Assembly (NCBI RefSeq): GCF_000018105.1
Contig: NC_009925.1
Span: 3,060,001-3,092,000, forward strand
Source of the DNA: Acaryochloris marina MBIC11017
GTDB lineage: Bacteria; Cyanobacteriota; Cyanobacteriia; Thermosynechococcales; Thermosynechococcaceae
DNA: 32,000 nt
Direction of reading: 5' to 3'
Position numbers and translations under genes: made by a program. The notes beneath the pieces are model-generated. The model did not search any database and was not told the DNA's origin. It saw nothing but the letters and a program-made list of their open reading frames with translations. Below are positions 7,840 through 16,796 of this stretch, in pieces (within the stretch, counting starts at the first letter, position 1; each line of letters starts with the position of its first letter).

Positions 7840-9555
7840 TCAAAGGGCTTTAAGAACAGCTTTTAGTTCACTAGGCACAGGATGCTGATCTGCTAAATTC
7901 TGAAAGGTTTCGCGATCAAGAACATCTGAAACATCACACTCAAATTGCACCGGATAAACTGATGTGTATGCAGAAGACAACCACGTGATATCAGTATTCA
8001 CAGATCTACCTGTTGCATCAGTAATCTGGACCTGTGGCTTTTGCTCAAACTGTACGGATATTTTTTGACTCAGCACACCACATACCACCGAAACCCGCGT
8101 CTTTTTCCGCATAACGTCATGGTAGAGCGGCACCATCATTCTGCAGTCGGCCAGAAGGTCTGGCTCGTGTTTCCAATTGCTTAAAAACTTGCGAGCCTGC
8201 CCCCGAGACATGCATCCTACCGCATCCATCGGTGGCGTTGGGAACCCTAAGTCTTCCCGACAGAGCGCTGCTGCGCCAGAGAAGAGCGCTTGCATTTCAG
8301 TCAGAGAATCTAGGATGCACGTGGGTTGATCGTTGCGATTGCGAACCTCACGGGTCAATGCTGATTCACCCCATAGCTCCACTAAACCATCCAGTAACCA
8401 GCCATAGTTATGAGCCATGCGCTCGTAGTAACGTGGCACAGGTTCTAGCCGGAGATGAGGCATAATCGCCAAGTTCAGCATGGCACCGCCTGCGTAGGGG
8501 GATTCAAGCTGCTTGATGTGGGTTTCGCGCGCCAGGGACATGAGGCCCTTGAAGAGCTGCTCTAGCGTTTCACCATATTTAGGACCGACTCGAAGGCGAT
8601 CGCAACTCGGATTCAGCAGGGCTTCCAAAGCATAGAGTTCTCGCAAATACCAGCCATCGTCTTCTGCTGGACTCAGATCTAAGCGTCCCCCTTTGACCCG
8701 TACAATGACTTCATCGAGTAGGCAAAAGTCATCAGGAATGGGGACATTGCCATAGAGCTGCTTGATTAAATCGGTCTCCGGTGCCCTAGAAGGTGGGAAC
8801 AACGCATATTGATTTTCAGGAGATAACTCAGCCATTACGGACGGAACAGCAAATTGTCCTGTCAATTGTTCATTGGCTTGAAGGTGCCAGCGATATGCAT
8901 TCAACAGTTGAGCTTGTGTAATTGCATCTCTCAAAACTTGTGCAGCATTGCGATCAAGTGGCTGCTGCAACATGCGATCATGCTGAAAAAGGCGGCGCAA
9001 TGACTCTGATGCTGAATAAAACCCAATGGGACGGGACACCAGCGGTTTCGCCTCAAACTCTTTCAGTGCTTGTTTGACCCGTAGCCGGAGTTCGCCTGGG
9101 AGGTGAGAGAGGTCAGACCCACCACCCAAATATTCAGCCGCACAGAGCATAGCCTTGAGATCAACTCGATCTGCTGTATCGTCTAGGGCTACACGTAATT
9201 GGCTCACCAAAGCTTGCCGACCCAGGACAGGAGAATCACTAAGGAAGGCAGAACGATCTAAGGTGCCATAGAGCCAGTCGTTGAAGCGTTTTGCTTTATA
9301 CGCAAACGCCATTAAAGGGACAGTTTTTCCGCTGACCTCTTCAGCAATGGTAGGGGCAGGGCTAGGTTCAAAGGGTCCTGAGTGAAATGAAAATAGGGGG
9401 ATTGCTTCTCTATCATCGTTTGACCTGAATGCGAGGCGGTTGCAATCGCGAGGTCGCAGCCTTGTCTCTCGCTCATTAACCTCGACGGATAGAACCTGAG
9501 TCGAGCGATCCATGCGAACAAGGCAATCTTTGTGTTTGAAAGAGTACTCACTCAT
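7840..9555 (-). CDS. large hypothetical protein (weak resemblance to DUF3160-type proteins)
   Basis: 571-aa uninterrupted ORF with host-like codon usage. I recognise no catalytic motif. The DUF3160 idea rests only on the pattern SRPIGFYSASESLRRLF and is weak. Confidence 0.5.
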   Translation of the reverse strand: MSEYSFKHKDCLVRMDRSTQVLSVEVNERETRLRPRDCNRLAFRSNDDREAIPLFSFHSGPFEPSPAPTIAEEVSGKTVPLMAFAYKAKRFNDWLYGTLDRSAFLSDSPVLGRQALVSQLRVALDDTADRVDLKAMLCAAEYLGGGSDLSHLPGELRLRVKQALKEFEAKPLVSRPIGFYSASESLRRLFQHDRMLQQPLDRNAAQVLRDAITQAQLLNAYRWHLQANEQLTGQFAVPSVMAELSPENQYALFPPSRAPETDLIKQLYGNVPIPDDFCLLDEVIVRVKGGRLDLSPAEDDGWYLRELYALEALLNPSCDRLRVGPKYGETLEQLFKGLMSLARETHIKQLESPYAGGAMLNLAIMPHLRLEPVPRYYERMAHNYGWLLDGLVELWGESALTREVRNRNDQPTCILDSLTEMQALFSGAAALCREDLGFPTPPMDAVGCMSRGQARKFLSNWKHEPDLLADCRMMVPLYHDVMRKKTRVSVVCGVLSQKISVQFEQKPQVQITDATGRSVNTDITWLSSAYTSVYPVQFECDVSDVLDRETFQNLADQHPVPSELKAVLKAL

Positions 9556-10113
9556 TAGAGCCTAGAAGTCCTAGCTGCAAGTAGCATCAGTCTTGGGTTA
9601 CCCATAAAACTTAGCATCAGAGAGAGTTTTAGGTACCCATGAGCTACCTAGCTGAAGATAACGATTGAGTTGAACTGTCAGAGATCCTAAAACTGATCTC
9701 CTAATCTTAAAGAAAAGCAAGCAGATCACATCATGAAAGTACTGATATACAAGACTTTAAGAGCAGCATGACCTTTGTTTTGTATGAATCGTGATATTGT
9801 TGGCGAATTCCTGAATTGAGCCTCAAACTCAGTCAGTTCGCTCTCAGCTTCTAGGCTAAATCACCGAGATCTCATTGATTTAGAGCTGGACTTAAATTCG
9901 CCAACAGTATCGAGTCGTTGCCATACCCCTACTAGTGAGATGGTGCTCTACACGGCAATGGTCAGAAGGCCTGCCTAAATCTGTTCAAACACGTTCTAAG
10001 AGGGGAAAAATAATAGGGGGAATTCTGCTCATTAAGTAAGTTTGGCTTCTCATTCCTGACGGATTCAACTTAGATTGCATGTCTGGCGATGCTGGATGTG
10101 CCCATCTAACACA

Positions 10114-11346
10114 ATGTCAAAAGCAACCTCATCAACTCGCGTTTGGATAGGGTCGCAGTCAGTAAATTTATCTAGGCAATATTACCAGTGTTTGCAACGG
10201 AACGGAGCGATATCTAGATCTACATCTCAGAACCCAATGCCGTCCCCTGAAGCGCAAAACGTTATGTTACACACTGATGAAACATTTATTCGAAGAACTG
10301 CCCTAGCTACCCTAGCGATCGCTGTCATGTCGGCGGGATCAGCGACGCTTATCCATCATTATTTGGAACCTGACCCATATCTAATGGATCTGGTCCTCCC
10401 TCCCCTGATGTTTCTAGTCTTTTCATTTCTGTGGTGTTGGCTGTATCTACGCCCTGAAAGCCTGCAAAAAGTAATGAGGGTTAGCTTAATCACAATCTTT
10501 TTGGGAGGAGCTGCTTTTCCAGTCTGGACTTCTCTTGGGCAAGCCATTTACTTACCCGACGTCACGCTGGTCGATCGTTTGCCACCAATGAGCAGTTTTC
10601 CGATGGCCATCATCGTCATCATGTTTATATTTGCCACTCCGCAGACCGTTATCACCACTGCTGTTGTGGTTTGGCTTGTCGTCTCCTTACCTGTTCTGGT
10701 CTATCTGATAGCTCACCCGACCGAGCTCTGGAGTCCTCGCGGCATGGAAATGGCTTTGACACTCGGCCCGATCACGGGGGTTGTTTCAACCCTTGTTCCC
10801 TTTCATCGCGTATTACAACAGAGGCTCACATCCTTACAGGATGAACGAGCGCTCATGCAAATACTTTCAGAAAGAGATTCACTCACTCAACTTTACAATC
10901 GCCGTGTGGCCGAAGAGTTTCTCTCTACCTGTGTAGCGGATGCAGCTTCCAAGAGTGGGGTGATTTTATTTGATATCGATCATTTCAAACGCATCAACGA
11001 TACTTACGGACATCAGGCGGGCGATATTGTCTTGGTAGCCGTAGCAATGCGCTGTAGCCAAGTTTTGCGCAAGACTGATTGCCTTGCCCGTTGGGGAGGC
11101 GAAGAGTTTTTCGTCGTATTGCAGCATGTTGGGGCTGAAGCGATCGAACGGATTGCGGAGGAGTTACGACTAGCCATTGCCTCGGAAGAGATTGAACCCG
11201 CAGGCAGTGTCACAGCATCGTTCGGTGTGAGTTTGATAAAGTCCAATGACACCATTGGAAGCTTATTACAGCGGGTAGATAAAGCAATGTACGCGGCTAA
11301 AACAAGTGGGCGCAATCGCGTAATGACTGATAAGTCCTTGAGTTAA
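10114..11346 (+). CDS. membrane-bound diguanylate cyclase (GGDEF domain)
   Basis: C-terminal GGDEF domain: DIDHFKRINDTYGHQAGD, RWGGEEFFVV, KAMYAAKTSGRNR. The N-terminal half has about 6 hydrophobic helices. The start is uncertain: the track gives TTG at 10075, and ATGs occur at 10114, 10237 and 10264. Confidence 0.85.
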   Translation: MSKATSSTRVWIGSQSVNLSRQYYQCLQRNGAISRSTSQNPMPSPEAQNVMLHTDETFIRRTALATLAIAVMSAGSATLIHHYLEPDPYLMDLVLPPLMFLVFSFLWCWLYLRPESLQKVMRVSLITIFLGGAAFPVWTSLGQAIYLPDVTLVDRLPPMSSFPMAIIVIMFIFATPQTVITTAVVVWLVVSLPVLVYLIAHPTELWSPRGMEMALTLGPITGVVSTLVPFHRVLQQRLTSLQDERALMQILSERDSLTQLYNRRVAEEFLSTCVADAASKSGVILFDIDHFKRINDTYGHQAGDIVLVAVAMRCSQVLRKTDCLARWGGEEFFVVLQHVGAEAIERIAEELRLAIASEEIEPAGSVTASFGVSLIKSNDTIGSLLQRVDKAMYAAKTSGRNRVMTDKSLS

Positions 11347-11447
11347 CAGCAATCACAAGGGAATTAACAGACTGCTACAATCACTGCGATGTCTGCATTG
11401 AGTGATAAAGGGGTATGGCAACGATTCAATGCCCATCCCACCGACCC

Positions 11448-11975
11448 TTATGTTGACTTACCAAAACCCCCATCCCATCTGGTACAGAACGGGTAAGCAT
11501 AAGCTGGTGGGCCAAATTCTGTAGAGAACTCAAAATTAATCACCTGCCAGCGAGAATCAGCATCAATGACAGGGCTAAATTCTAAAGGCAGCCCATAGAG
11601 CCGGGGTTTCGCATAGTAAATTTGTCGCCACCAATCAGATTGGAATTCTAAATGGGGCTGGACTAGTGCTTCATATCGGCGAGCAAGGGTCAGTTTAACC
11701 GCCCGAAAACCCTGGTAATGCAGGTGATCAAGCACTTGGAAAACTTCTATCTTTAGCCCTTCTGGGTTGCGGTGCTGCTGATACCAATTGCCCTGCCAGG
11801 GATACCAACATCGCTCCGTATCGAGGTGAACGAGACTGCCCGTTACCGGATCGGCTTCAAAGACCCCATGACTCGGGCAAAGATACGCCTCGGTTAGCAT
11901 CAGGGCTGGACTCTGTCGGCGGCAAATCGGACAGCTAATATGGATACCAAAAATAGGCCAATCTAACAGGGTCAT
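11448..11975 (-). CDS. conserved hypothetical protein with N-terminal CxxC...CxxH zinc-ribbon-like motif
   Basis: The sequence MTLLDWPIFGIHISCPICRRQ...YLCPSHG supplies the motif. The ATG at 11975 lies 2 nt after the WD40 stop (11978), suggesting co-translation; an alternative start is 11993. Confidence 0.55.
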   Translation of the reverse strand: MTLLDWPIFGIHISCPICRRQSPALMLTEAYLCPSHGVFEADPVTGSLVHLDTERCWYPWQGNWYQQHRNPEGLKIEVFQVLDHLHYQGFRAVKLTLARRYEALVQPHLEFQSDWWRQIYYAKPRLYGLPLEFSPVIDADSRWQVINFEFSTEFGPPAYAYPFCTRWDGGFGKST

Positions 11976-11977
11976 GC

Positions 11978-13132
11978 TCAGTCCAGCCCCCATTCGTCGT
12001 TTTCATAACCCAAACCTTCATAACCCAAGTCAACGGACCAAACTAAAACTTCACCCCGTTGCCCCCCTGCGGCGAGACACTGTCCAGTGGGGTGCCAAGC
12101 CAAACATGAAAATCCGTCCATCGCTCCATCGAGCATCTGAGCAGCCTCAATCGCTGCTTTCCACAAAATGACCCAACCATCTTCAGATAGAGAGGCAAGC
12201 AGACCTGTTTGGGGCTGAAAGGCAATATCTAAGACGTTTGCAGTGTGGCTATCTAATATCCAACTTTGCCAGCCTTCGTCGGGTACCAGCATCGACATCG
12301 CTACCAGTTCACGGGTTGCAGCCGCTAAAATAGGGGAGCGATCTGCATCAGGTACATCAGCCCAAGCCAGTTGGCGGATTTTACCAGGGAAGCCCCGAAT
12401 GAGGGTTGGTAAATCATCTTCCGCAGTGGAAGCCTGATTGATAAAGGACACCTTGGCCCACGTTAGAATACTGACACTTAAGTCTTGATTTGCTGTTGCG
12501 AGATAAGCCCCTTCCGGCGACCAGGATAAAGACATTGCTGGAGCCATCAGTTCCCATTGATGGAGAGGGTGATCCCACTGTGGAATCCGCCAAATGTGGA
12601 CTAGGGTATTGGCTGCCACCGCAAGATGTTGTCCATCAGGCGACCAGCCAATGTCTTGAACTTGGGCAGCGAGTTCAAGAGTAGTCAGCATTTCAGCTCT
12701 ATCAGCATCCCAAATTTGCACCGTCTTCCCTCGATTGAAGGCGAGTAAGTTGTGGTGGGGATGCCACTGGAGCCGGTCAATCCAGGCAGAGTCTCCCGTT
12801 AGGGTCTTTGTGGCTGGGGCTTTCTCTGTCGCCATCTCTATCGTCATTGGCCAGAGGTTAATCTGCCCTGCTTGGCCACCGGCTGCTAACCACTGGCCAT
12901 CAGCGGAGAAGGCGATGTCATCGATGGATAGGCCATTGGCGTCTTGAAGCAATAGATCGCTATCGTTGTGCAGCAAAAGAACCTCTCCTGCCCCCGACGT
13001 CACCGCCAGGGTATTGCCAACGGGCGACCATGCGATCGCAGTAATGTAATCCGATAGCTGATGATGGTGACTCAGTTCTGCTAGGGGCTTAAGTAGGGGC
13101 ATCGACAATGGCGAAGGAGTGAGGGTGAACAT
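11978..13132 (-). CDS. WD40-repeat protein
   Basis: 384 aa with repeated blades (AWSPVGNTLAV, AFSADGQWLAAGG, WHPHHNLLAF, GWSPDGQHLAVA, SWSPEGAYLATA, AFQPQTGLLASLSEDGWVILW, AWHPTGQCLAAGG). Confidence 0.85.
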   Translation of the reverse strand: MFTLTPSPLSMPLLKPLAELSHHHQLSDYITAIAWSPVGNTLAVTSGAGEVLLLHNDSDLLLQDANGLSIDDIAFSADGQWLAAGGQAGQINLWPMTIEMATEKAPATKTLTGDSAWIDRLQWHPHHNLLAFNRGKTVQIWDADRAEMLTTLELAAQVQDIGWSPDGQHLAVAANTLVHIWRIPQWDHPLHQWELMAPAMSLSWSPEGAYLATANQDLSVSILTWAKVSFINQASTAEDDLPTLIRGFPGKIRQLAWADVPDADRSPILAAATRELVAMSMLVPDEGWQSWILDSHTANVLDIAFQPQTGLLASLSEDGWVILWKAAIEAAQMLDGAMDGFSCLAWHPTGQCLAAGGQRGEVLVWSVDLGYEGLGYENDEWGLD

Positions 13133-13167
13133 CTTGTCAAGCGGTTACTTCATCAATCATTCCGCCG

Positions 13168-13791
13168 TTAACGACGTCTGAAGGGATACTCGACAGGCTT
13201 TGGTTTAGGACCAGAATGATGACGCAAGACGCAGCCTTTTTTTGACCAAGACAGGGTATCTTCTCTCTCGAACTCCCCGATTAATCGCGTCACCGTAACT
13301 CGGCTGGAGCCAATGACTTCAGCAATATCTTGATGAGTGAGGGGAAGCGGGATAAAGCATTCGTCTTCAGACCGCTGGCCAAATCGGTCAGCTAACCAAT
13401 TGAGAAACCGACTAAAGCGCGTTTGAACTGACCCATGATGCATGGTGAGCAAGGCTTGACTTTGTTGAATGTGAAACCACATAGCCTCTTCCAGTGCTTG
13501 GTAGTCATCGATCAATAGTCGATGGACTCGAACAGTGCCCAGACATTCAGCTTGGTAAGGTTCAATGCCAGCGAACGGATGCCCAATAATATCTCCCGCG
13601 CCCCAGAGTCCCAGAGTGGTAATATCACCCTCTTCGTGAAGAGTAATGCTGCGAACCATACCCGTATCAATTTTCCAGAGAAGGTTCTGAATCATGGGTA
13701 AACATTCCCGCCGCTTAAACGTCCGAACGACAGGGCTAGTCTCTTGTTGGTGAGTCGTGGCGTATGTGGATGTGATCAGTGAGGACATCAT
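13168..13791 (-). CDS. Crp/Fnr-family transcriptional regulator
   Basis: cNMP-binding-like beta-roll (GLWGAGDIIG) and a C-terminal HTH (THQDIAEVIGSSRVTVTRLIGEFERE). I prefer the ATG-ATG at 13791/13788 over the TTG at 13830. Confidence 0.8.
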   Translation of the reverse strand: MMSSLITSTYATTHQQETSPVVRTFKRRECLPMIQNLLWKIDTGMVRSITLHEEGDITTLGLWGAGDIIGHPFAGIEPYQAECLGTVRVHRLLIDDYQALEEAMWFHIQQSQALLTMHHGSVQTRFSRFLNWLADRFGQRSEDECFIPLPLTHQDIAEVIGSSRVTVTRLIGEFEREDTLSWSKKGCVLRHHSGPKPKPVEYPFRRR

Positions 13792-14097
13792 GCATAAAGA
13801 CCTAGATTTAGGGATGTGCCGAAGACGCAACTTAGAGCCGAACGGATCTGGTGTCCTCAGCTAGCAATGCGCTATTTCCGGGGTATCAATCTCTAGATAG
13901 ATGCCTGGATTGGCTCTAAATATTTAGAAAATCGCCCGGAAACAGCGCTTGCTCAATGGCATTTCCAGAATGATTAGCTCAGATGAGTGATCTGAACAGA
14001 GCAAGTTGAATTGACAGATCTGCATAAAATAGTCTCCTGTGGGATGCAAGGTAGAGGGTCAACCCATTGAGTCATGGAACAGAGTTCGGATGCGCGA

Positions 14098-14490
14098 TTA
14101 CAGACTGGGGTAGGGAATCCTCGCTAGAATCCCTTTTTGCAGCGACTCTGGACGATGCTGACGGGGAACGATGCCATCTGAACTGGAATAATATTGGCGG
14201 GCCAGTTGCAAAACTGCTGCGGCACTGTCTAGGGGCAGTAGGTCACCAAACATTAGGGAGTTTTTCCCTGCTGCTGCTAGGGCAATGGTGCAGGGGCGAT
14301 TGCAGGCACTTAGGCAGTCCACCGCTTCGATCTTGAACTCAGGCGGTAGAGGTGATTGCTCCTGAAGCTGTCGTAAGCTGCTAAGTAGGTAATAACCACC
14401 GCGTTGTCCTCTGTAATCCCGTTGGGTCGGCGAGAAGGCACAGGACCGACAGACGAATAGAGCATGTTGAGTCATGATGGGCGATGCCAT
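14098..14490 (-). CDS. DUF1636-family metal-binding (thioredoxin-like) protein
   Basis: Contains LFVCRSCAFS ... VDCLSACNRPCTIA ... GILARIP, the pattern of the DUF1636 proteins that commonly accompany CobW/COG0523 genes. It has its own operator upstream. Confidence 0.7.
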   Translation of the reverse strand: MASPIMTQHALFVCRSCAFSPTQRDYRGQRGGYYLLSSLRQLQEQSPLPPEFKIEAVDCLSACNRPCTIALAAAGKNSLMFGDLLPLDSAAAVLQLARQYYSSSDGIVPRQHRPESLQKGILARIPYPSL

Positions 14491-14568
14491 ACTTAAACGT
14501 CATGGGTAGTCGCTAGCGAGATGAGCCACCCGGAATAGATTGAACCGCTTGCGTAAGATATTCTCAAA

Positions 14569-14597
14569 ATGATAATGATTATCATTCTTTTTTGCAA
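14569..14597 (-). promoter_or_regulatory. sigma70-type promoter with embedded Zur/Fur-type operator for the DUF1636 gene
   Basis: Read on the minus strand: TTGCAA (14597-14592), a 17-nt spacer, then TATCAT (14574-14569). The 17-bp palindrome ATGATAATGATTATCAT (14569-14585) covers the -10 element and the spacer. Confidence 0.65.
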
Positions 14598-14748
14598 CCC
14601 GACGTTCTGGCTCTTGCAACCTGGCGGTAAAGTGATGGGTCTCTGAGTTTGACAAGCGACGAGATTACCCAGCTTTTACCATCGTTAAGGATGCAATGGA
14701 CTGAGATCGGCTATTGCGCATAGCTTGGCTCTTCTCCTGAGAAATGCA

Positions 14749-15681
14749 CTAAGAAGGAATAGGCCTTTGCAAGAGCCACTCCATCACCCGTTGCTTATGG
14801 GAGTCGATGCTAAAGACTCGCACTGCGTTACCCTGATATTCCGTCATTCTGCGATTGAGACTATCCAGAACTTGCTGTGGATAGGTCCCTTCAAGGGGTG
14901 GACAACTTTGCCAAGATCCAACCTTAAAGTGTCTAGCATCGGCCTGTTCAATGCCAATTTGATTCCCCAACCGAAGTTGACCCAGAATCTGTTCCAGCAC
15001 TTCAGCGCTCAGCTGTTCTTGGAGCCTGTCAGTCTGGGGTCGAGCTGTCTCAGAGCGATGGCCATTGTTCAGCGGTGTAGTACAGGCAACATCGTCTGCA
15101 CATCGGTAGCCTGCCAGTAAGGCTCGATTGATCTCCACCACATGATGAGAAAAACGATGATCGGTGGTCTTGGCATCCGGTAGTCGGTCAGCCTCGCTTT
15201 GGTTGGTAATTACAACCCCTGATCCAACATATTTTCCCGGTGGAATTTCCACATCCTGGATCAGTGCATGCATCATCACAATACAGCGGTGCCCGACCTT
15301 TGCATTAAATACCGTTGATCGAAAGCCGATAAAGCAATCATCACCAATATAGGCAGGTCCGTGAATCAAAGCCATATGGGTAATGCAGGTATGTTCACCA
15401 ATCCAGACCGAGTAGGACTCACCATCATCTCCAGTGACTCGCCCTCGTTCTAAGCCATGGATGACCACACCATCCTGAATATTGGTGTTCCCACCGATGT
15501 AAAAGGGCATCCCTTCGTCTGCTCGAATGGACGTGCCGGGAGCAATTAAGACCTGATGCCCCAGACGAACATCTCCGATCAAACTCGTTGAGGGATGCAC
15601 ATAGGCTGATTCATGAATTTGAGGCTGATCTAACCCTCGATCCCAAGGAGTCGGAGGCGAAGGTTGCTGACGTAGAGGCAT
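14749..15681 (-). CDS. gamma-carbonic-anhydrase domain protein with one C-terminal RbcS-like SSUL module (short CcmM-like paralog)
   Basis: Left-handed beta-helix hexapeptide repeats with the three Cam-type His positions (VIHGLE; THMALIHGP). The C-terminus reads [19 protein letters not shown]...[22 protein letters not shown], typical of a CcmM SSUL repeat. Confidence 0.8.
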   Translation of the reverse strand: MPLRQQPSPPTPWDRGLDQPQIHESAYVHPSTSLIGDVRLGHQVLIAPGTSIRADEGMPFYIGGNTNIQDGVVIHGLERGRVTGDDGESYSVWIGEHTCITHMALIHGPAYIGDDCFIGFRSTVFNAKVGHRCIVMMHALIQDVEIPPGKYVGSGVVITNQSEADRLPDAKTTDHRFSHHVVEINRALLAGYRCADDVACTTPLNNGHRSETARPQTDRLQEQLSAEVLEQILGQLRLGNQIGIEQADARHFKVGSWQSCPPLEGTYPQQVLDSLNRRMTEYQGNAVRVFSIDSHKQRVMEWLLQRPIPS

Positions 15682-15718
15682 CTTTAATACTCCATTGGTT
15701 TAAAGTCGGCTGAACCCT

Positions 15719-16204
15719 TCAAAGCTGCGTCGGATTAGGGGCATCCCCATAGACCTGTTGAGGGTCAAAGGTTTTAGCAGCTTCAGTGAAAGTCAAAGCA
15801 ATGGGAGAGGAACTATCCACGGCTTCTGTCCCCACGGGAATTTGACGATAAAAACAGGATCGATAACCCACATGGCAACTGGCTCCAGAGCCCGCAACAG
15901 TCACCCGCATCCACAGACAGTCTTGATCATCATCAATCAGTAACTGCTGGACATACTGAACCAAGCCACTAGTCGCCCCTTTATGCCAGAGGGTCTGGCG
16001 ACTGCGGCTGTAGTAATGGGCCTCTCCCGTTTCAATCGTTTTCATCAGCGCAGTTTGATTCATATAGGCATGCATCAATAGTTCACCTGTCTGGGCATCA
16101 GTCGTCACCACAGGCATTAAACCGTCTGAATCAAATTTGGGGGAAAGCAGCGATCCTTCTTCAACTTCTTCGACAGAGGTACGCTGAGCAAAGGGGAGGG
16201 GCAT
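15719..16204 (-). CDS. hisI: phosphoribosyl-AMP cyclohydrolase (HisI) paralog
   Basis: Contains [38 protein letters not shown] and [12 protein letters not shown]. The usual D-C-D motif reads DDDQDC. Confidence 0.8.
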   Translation of the reverse strand: MPLPFAQRTSVEEVEEGSLLSPKFDSDGLMPVVTTDAQTGELLMHAYMNQTALMKTIETGEAHYYSRSRQTLWHKGATSGLVQYVQQLLIDDDQDCLWMRVTVAGSGASCHVGYRSCFYRQIPVGTEAVDSSSPIALTFTEAAKTFDPQQVYGDAPNPTQL

Positions 16205-16249
16205 GGTAGTTCTCAGGGATTGGGCAAAACAGTTAAACAGTAGTTATTC

Positions 16250-16786
16250 TTAGGACATTTTTTCCGGCATGCCGGAGGAGTGGTGATCCACAATGAGCCA
16301 GCGATCGCCAATTTTGCGATAGACAAAGGTAAATCTTGCCATCAGATCGGAAGGTTGGCCTTCTTTGACCACTGCAAAGGCATAGAGACCCGAATTAACG
16401 GCCAGATCACAAAAAACCTGGATATTTTGCTCCACGATCCGCCCATCCGGCTTAAGGGCCAGAAAGCCTTTGAAGTAATCTTCAATTTCAGCAGGGGTAT
16501 GTCGAACTCGGTTGGAAACCGTAGGCACCAGAATGGCATCAGGGGCATAGGTTTTGACCACTTCACTCGGTCGACCGGTTTGCAGGGATTGATCCCACTG
16601 CTCAAACAAATCGGCAATCTCTCCTGGGGCCACGGTTGGGCAGGCAGTTTCAGCTAGAACGGGGGTATAAAAAAGACTTAATAGTAAGCAGCAGCCCAGC
16701 AGCATTCCGATCGCATTCTTGATTCTGAGAAATGTTCTCTGCTGGGGCTGATCTGAGCTGCAGGGCTGATAGGCAACGTTCATCAT
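16250..16786 (-). CDS. exported NTF2/SnoaL-fold protein (CaMKII-AD / SgcJ-EcaC-like), candidate iota-class carbonic anhydrase
   Basis: Signal peptide GMLLGCCLLLSLFYTPVLA-ET. The ~130-aa mature domain ends in WLIVDHHSSGMP, resembling the HHHSS signature of iota-CAs. The ATG-ATG at 16786/16783 avoids overlap with the thrS stop. Confidence 0.55.
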   Translation of the reverse strand: MMNVAYQPCSSDQPQQRTFLRIKNAIGMLLGCCLLLSLFYTPVLAETACPTVAPGEIADLFEQWDQSLQTGRPSEVVKTYAPDAILVPTVSNRVRHTPAEIEDYFKGFLALKPDGRIVEQNIQVFCDLAVNSGLYAFAVVKEGQPSDLMARFTFVYRKIGDRWLIVDHHSSGMPEKMS

Positions 16787-16796
16787 TTTTCCTACT

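Noticed and set aside
14749-15681. Considered calling this gene the canonical carboxysome ccmM.
   Set aside because: It is only 310 aa with one SSUL, has no ccmK/L/N/O neighbours and is embedded in the metal-regulated operon. I call it a CcmM-like paralog instead.
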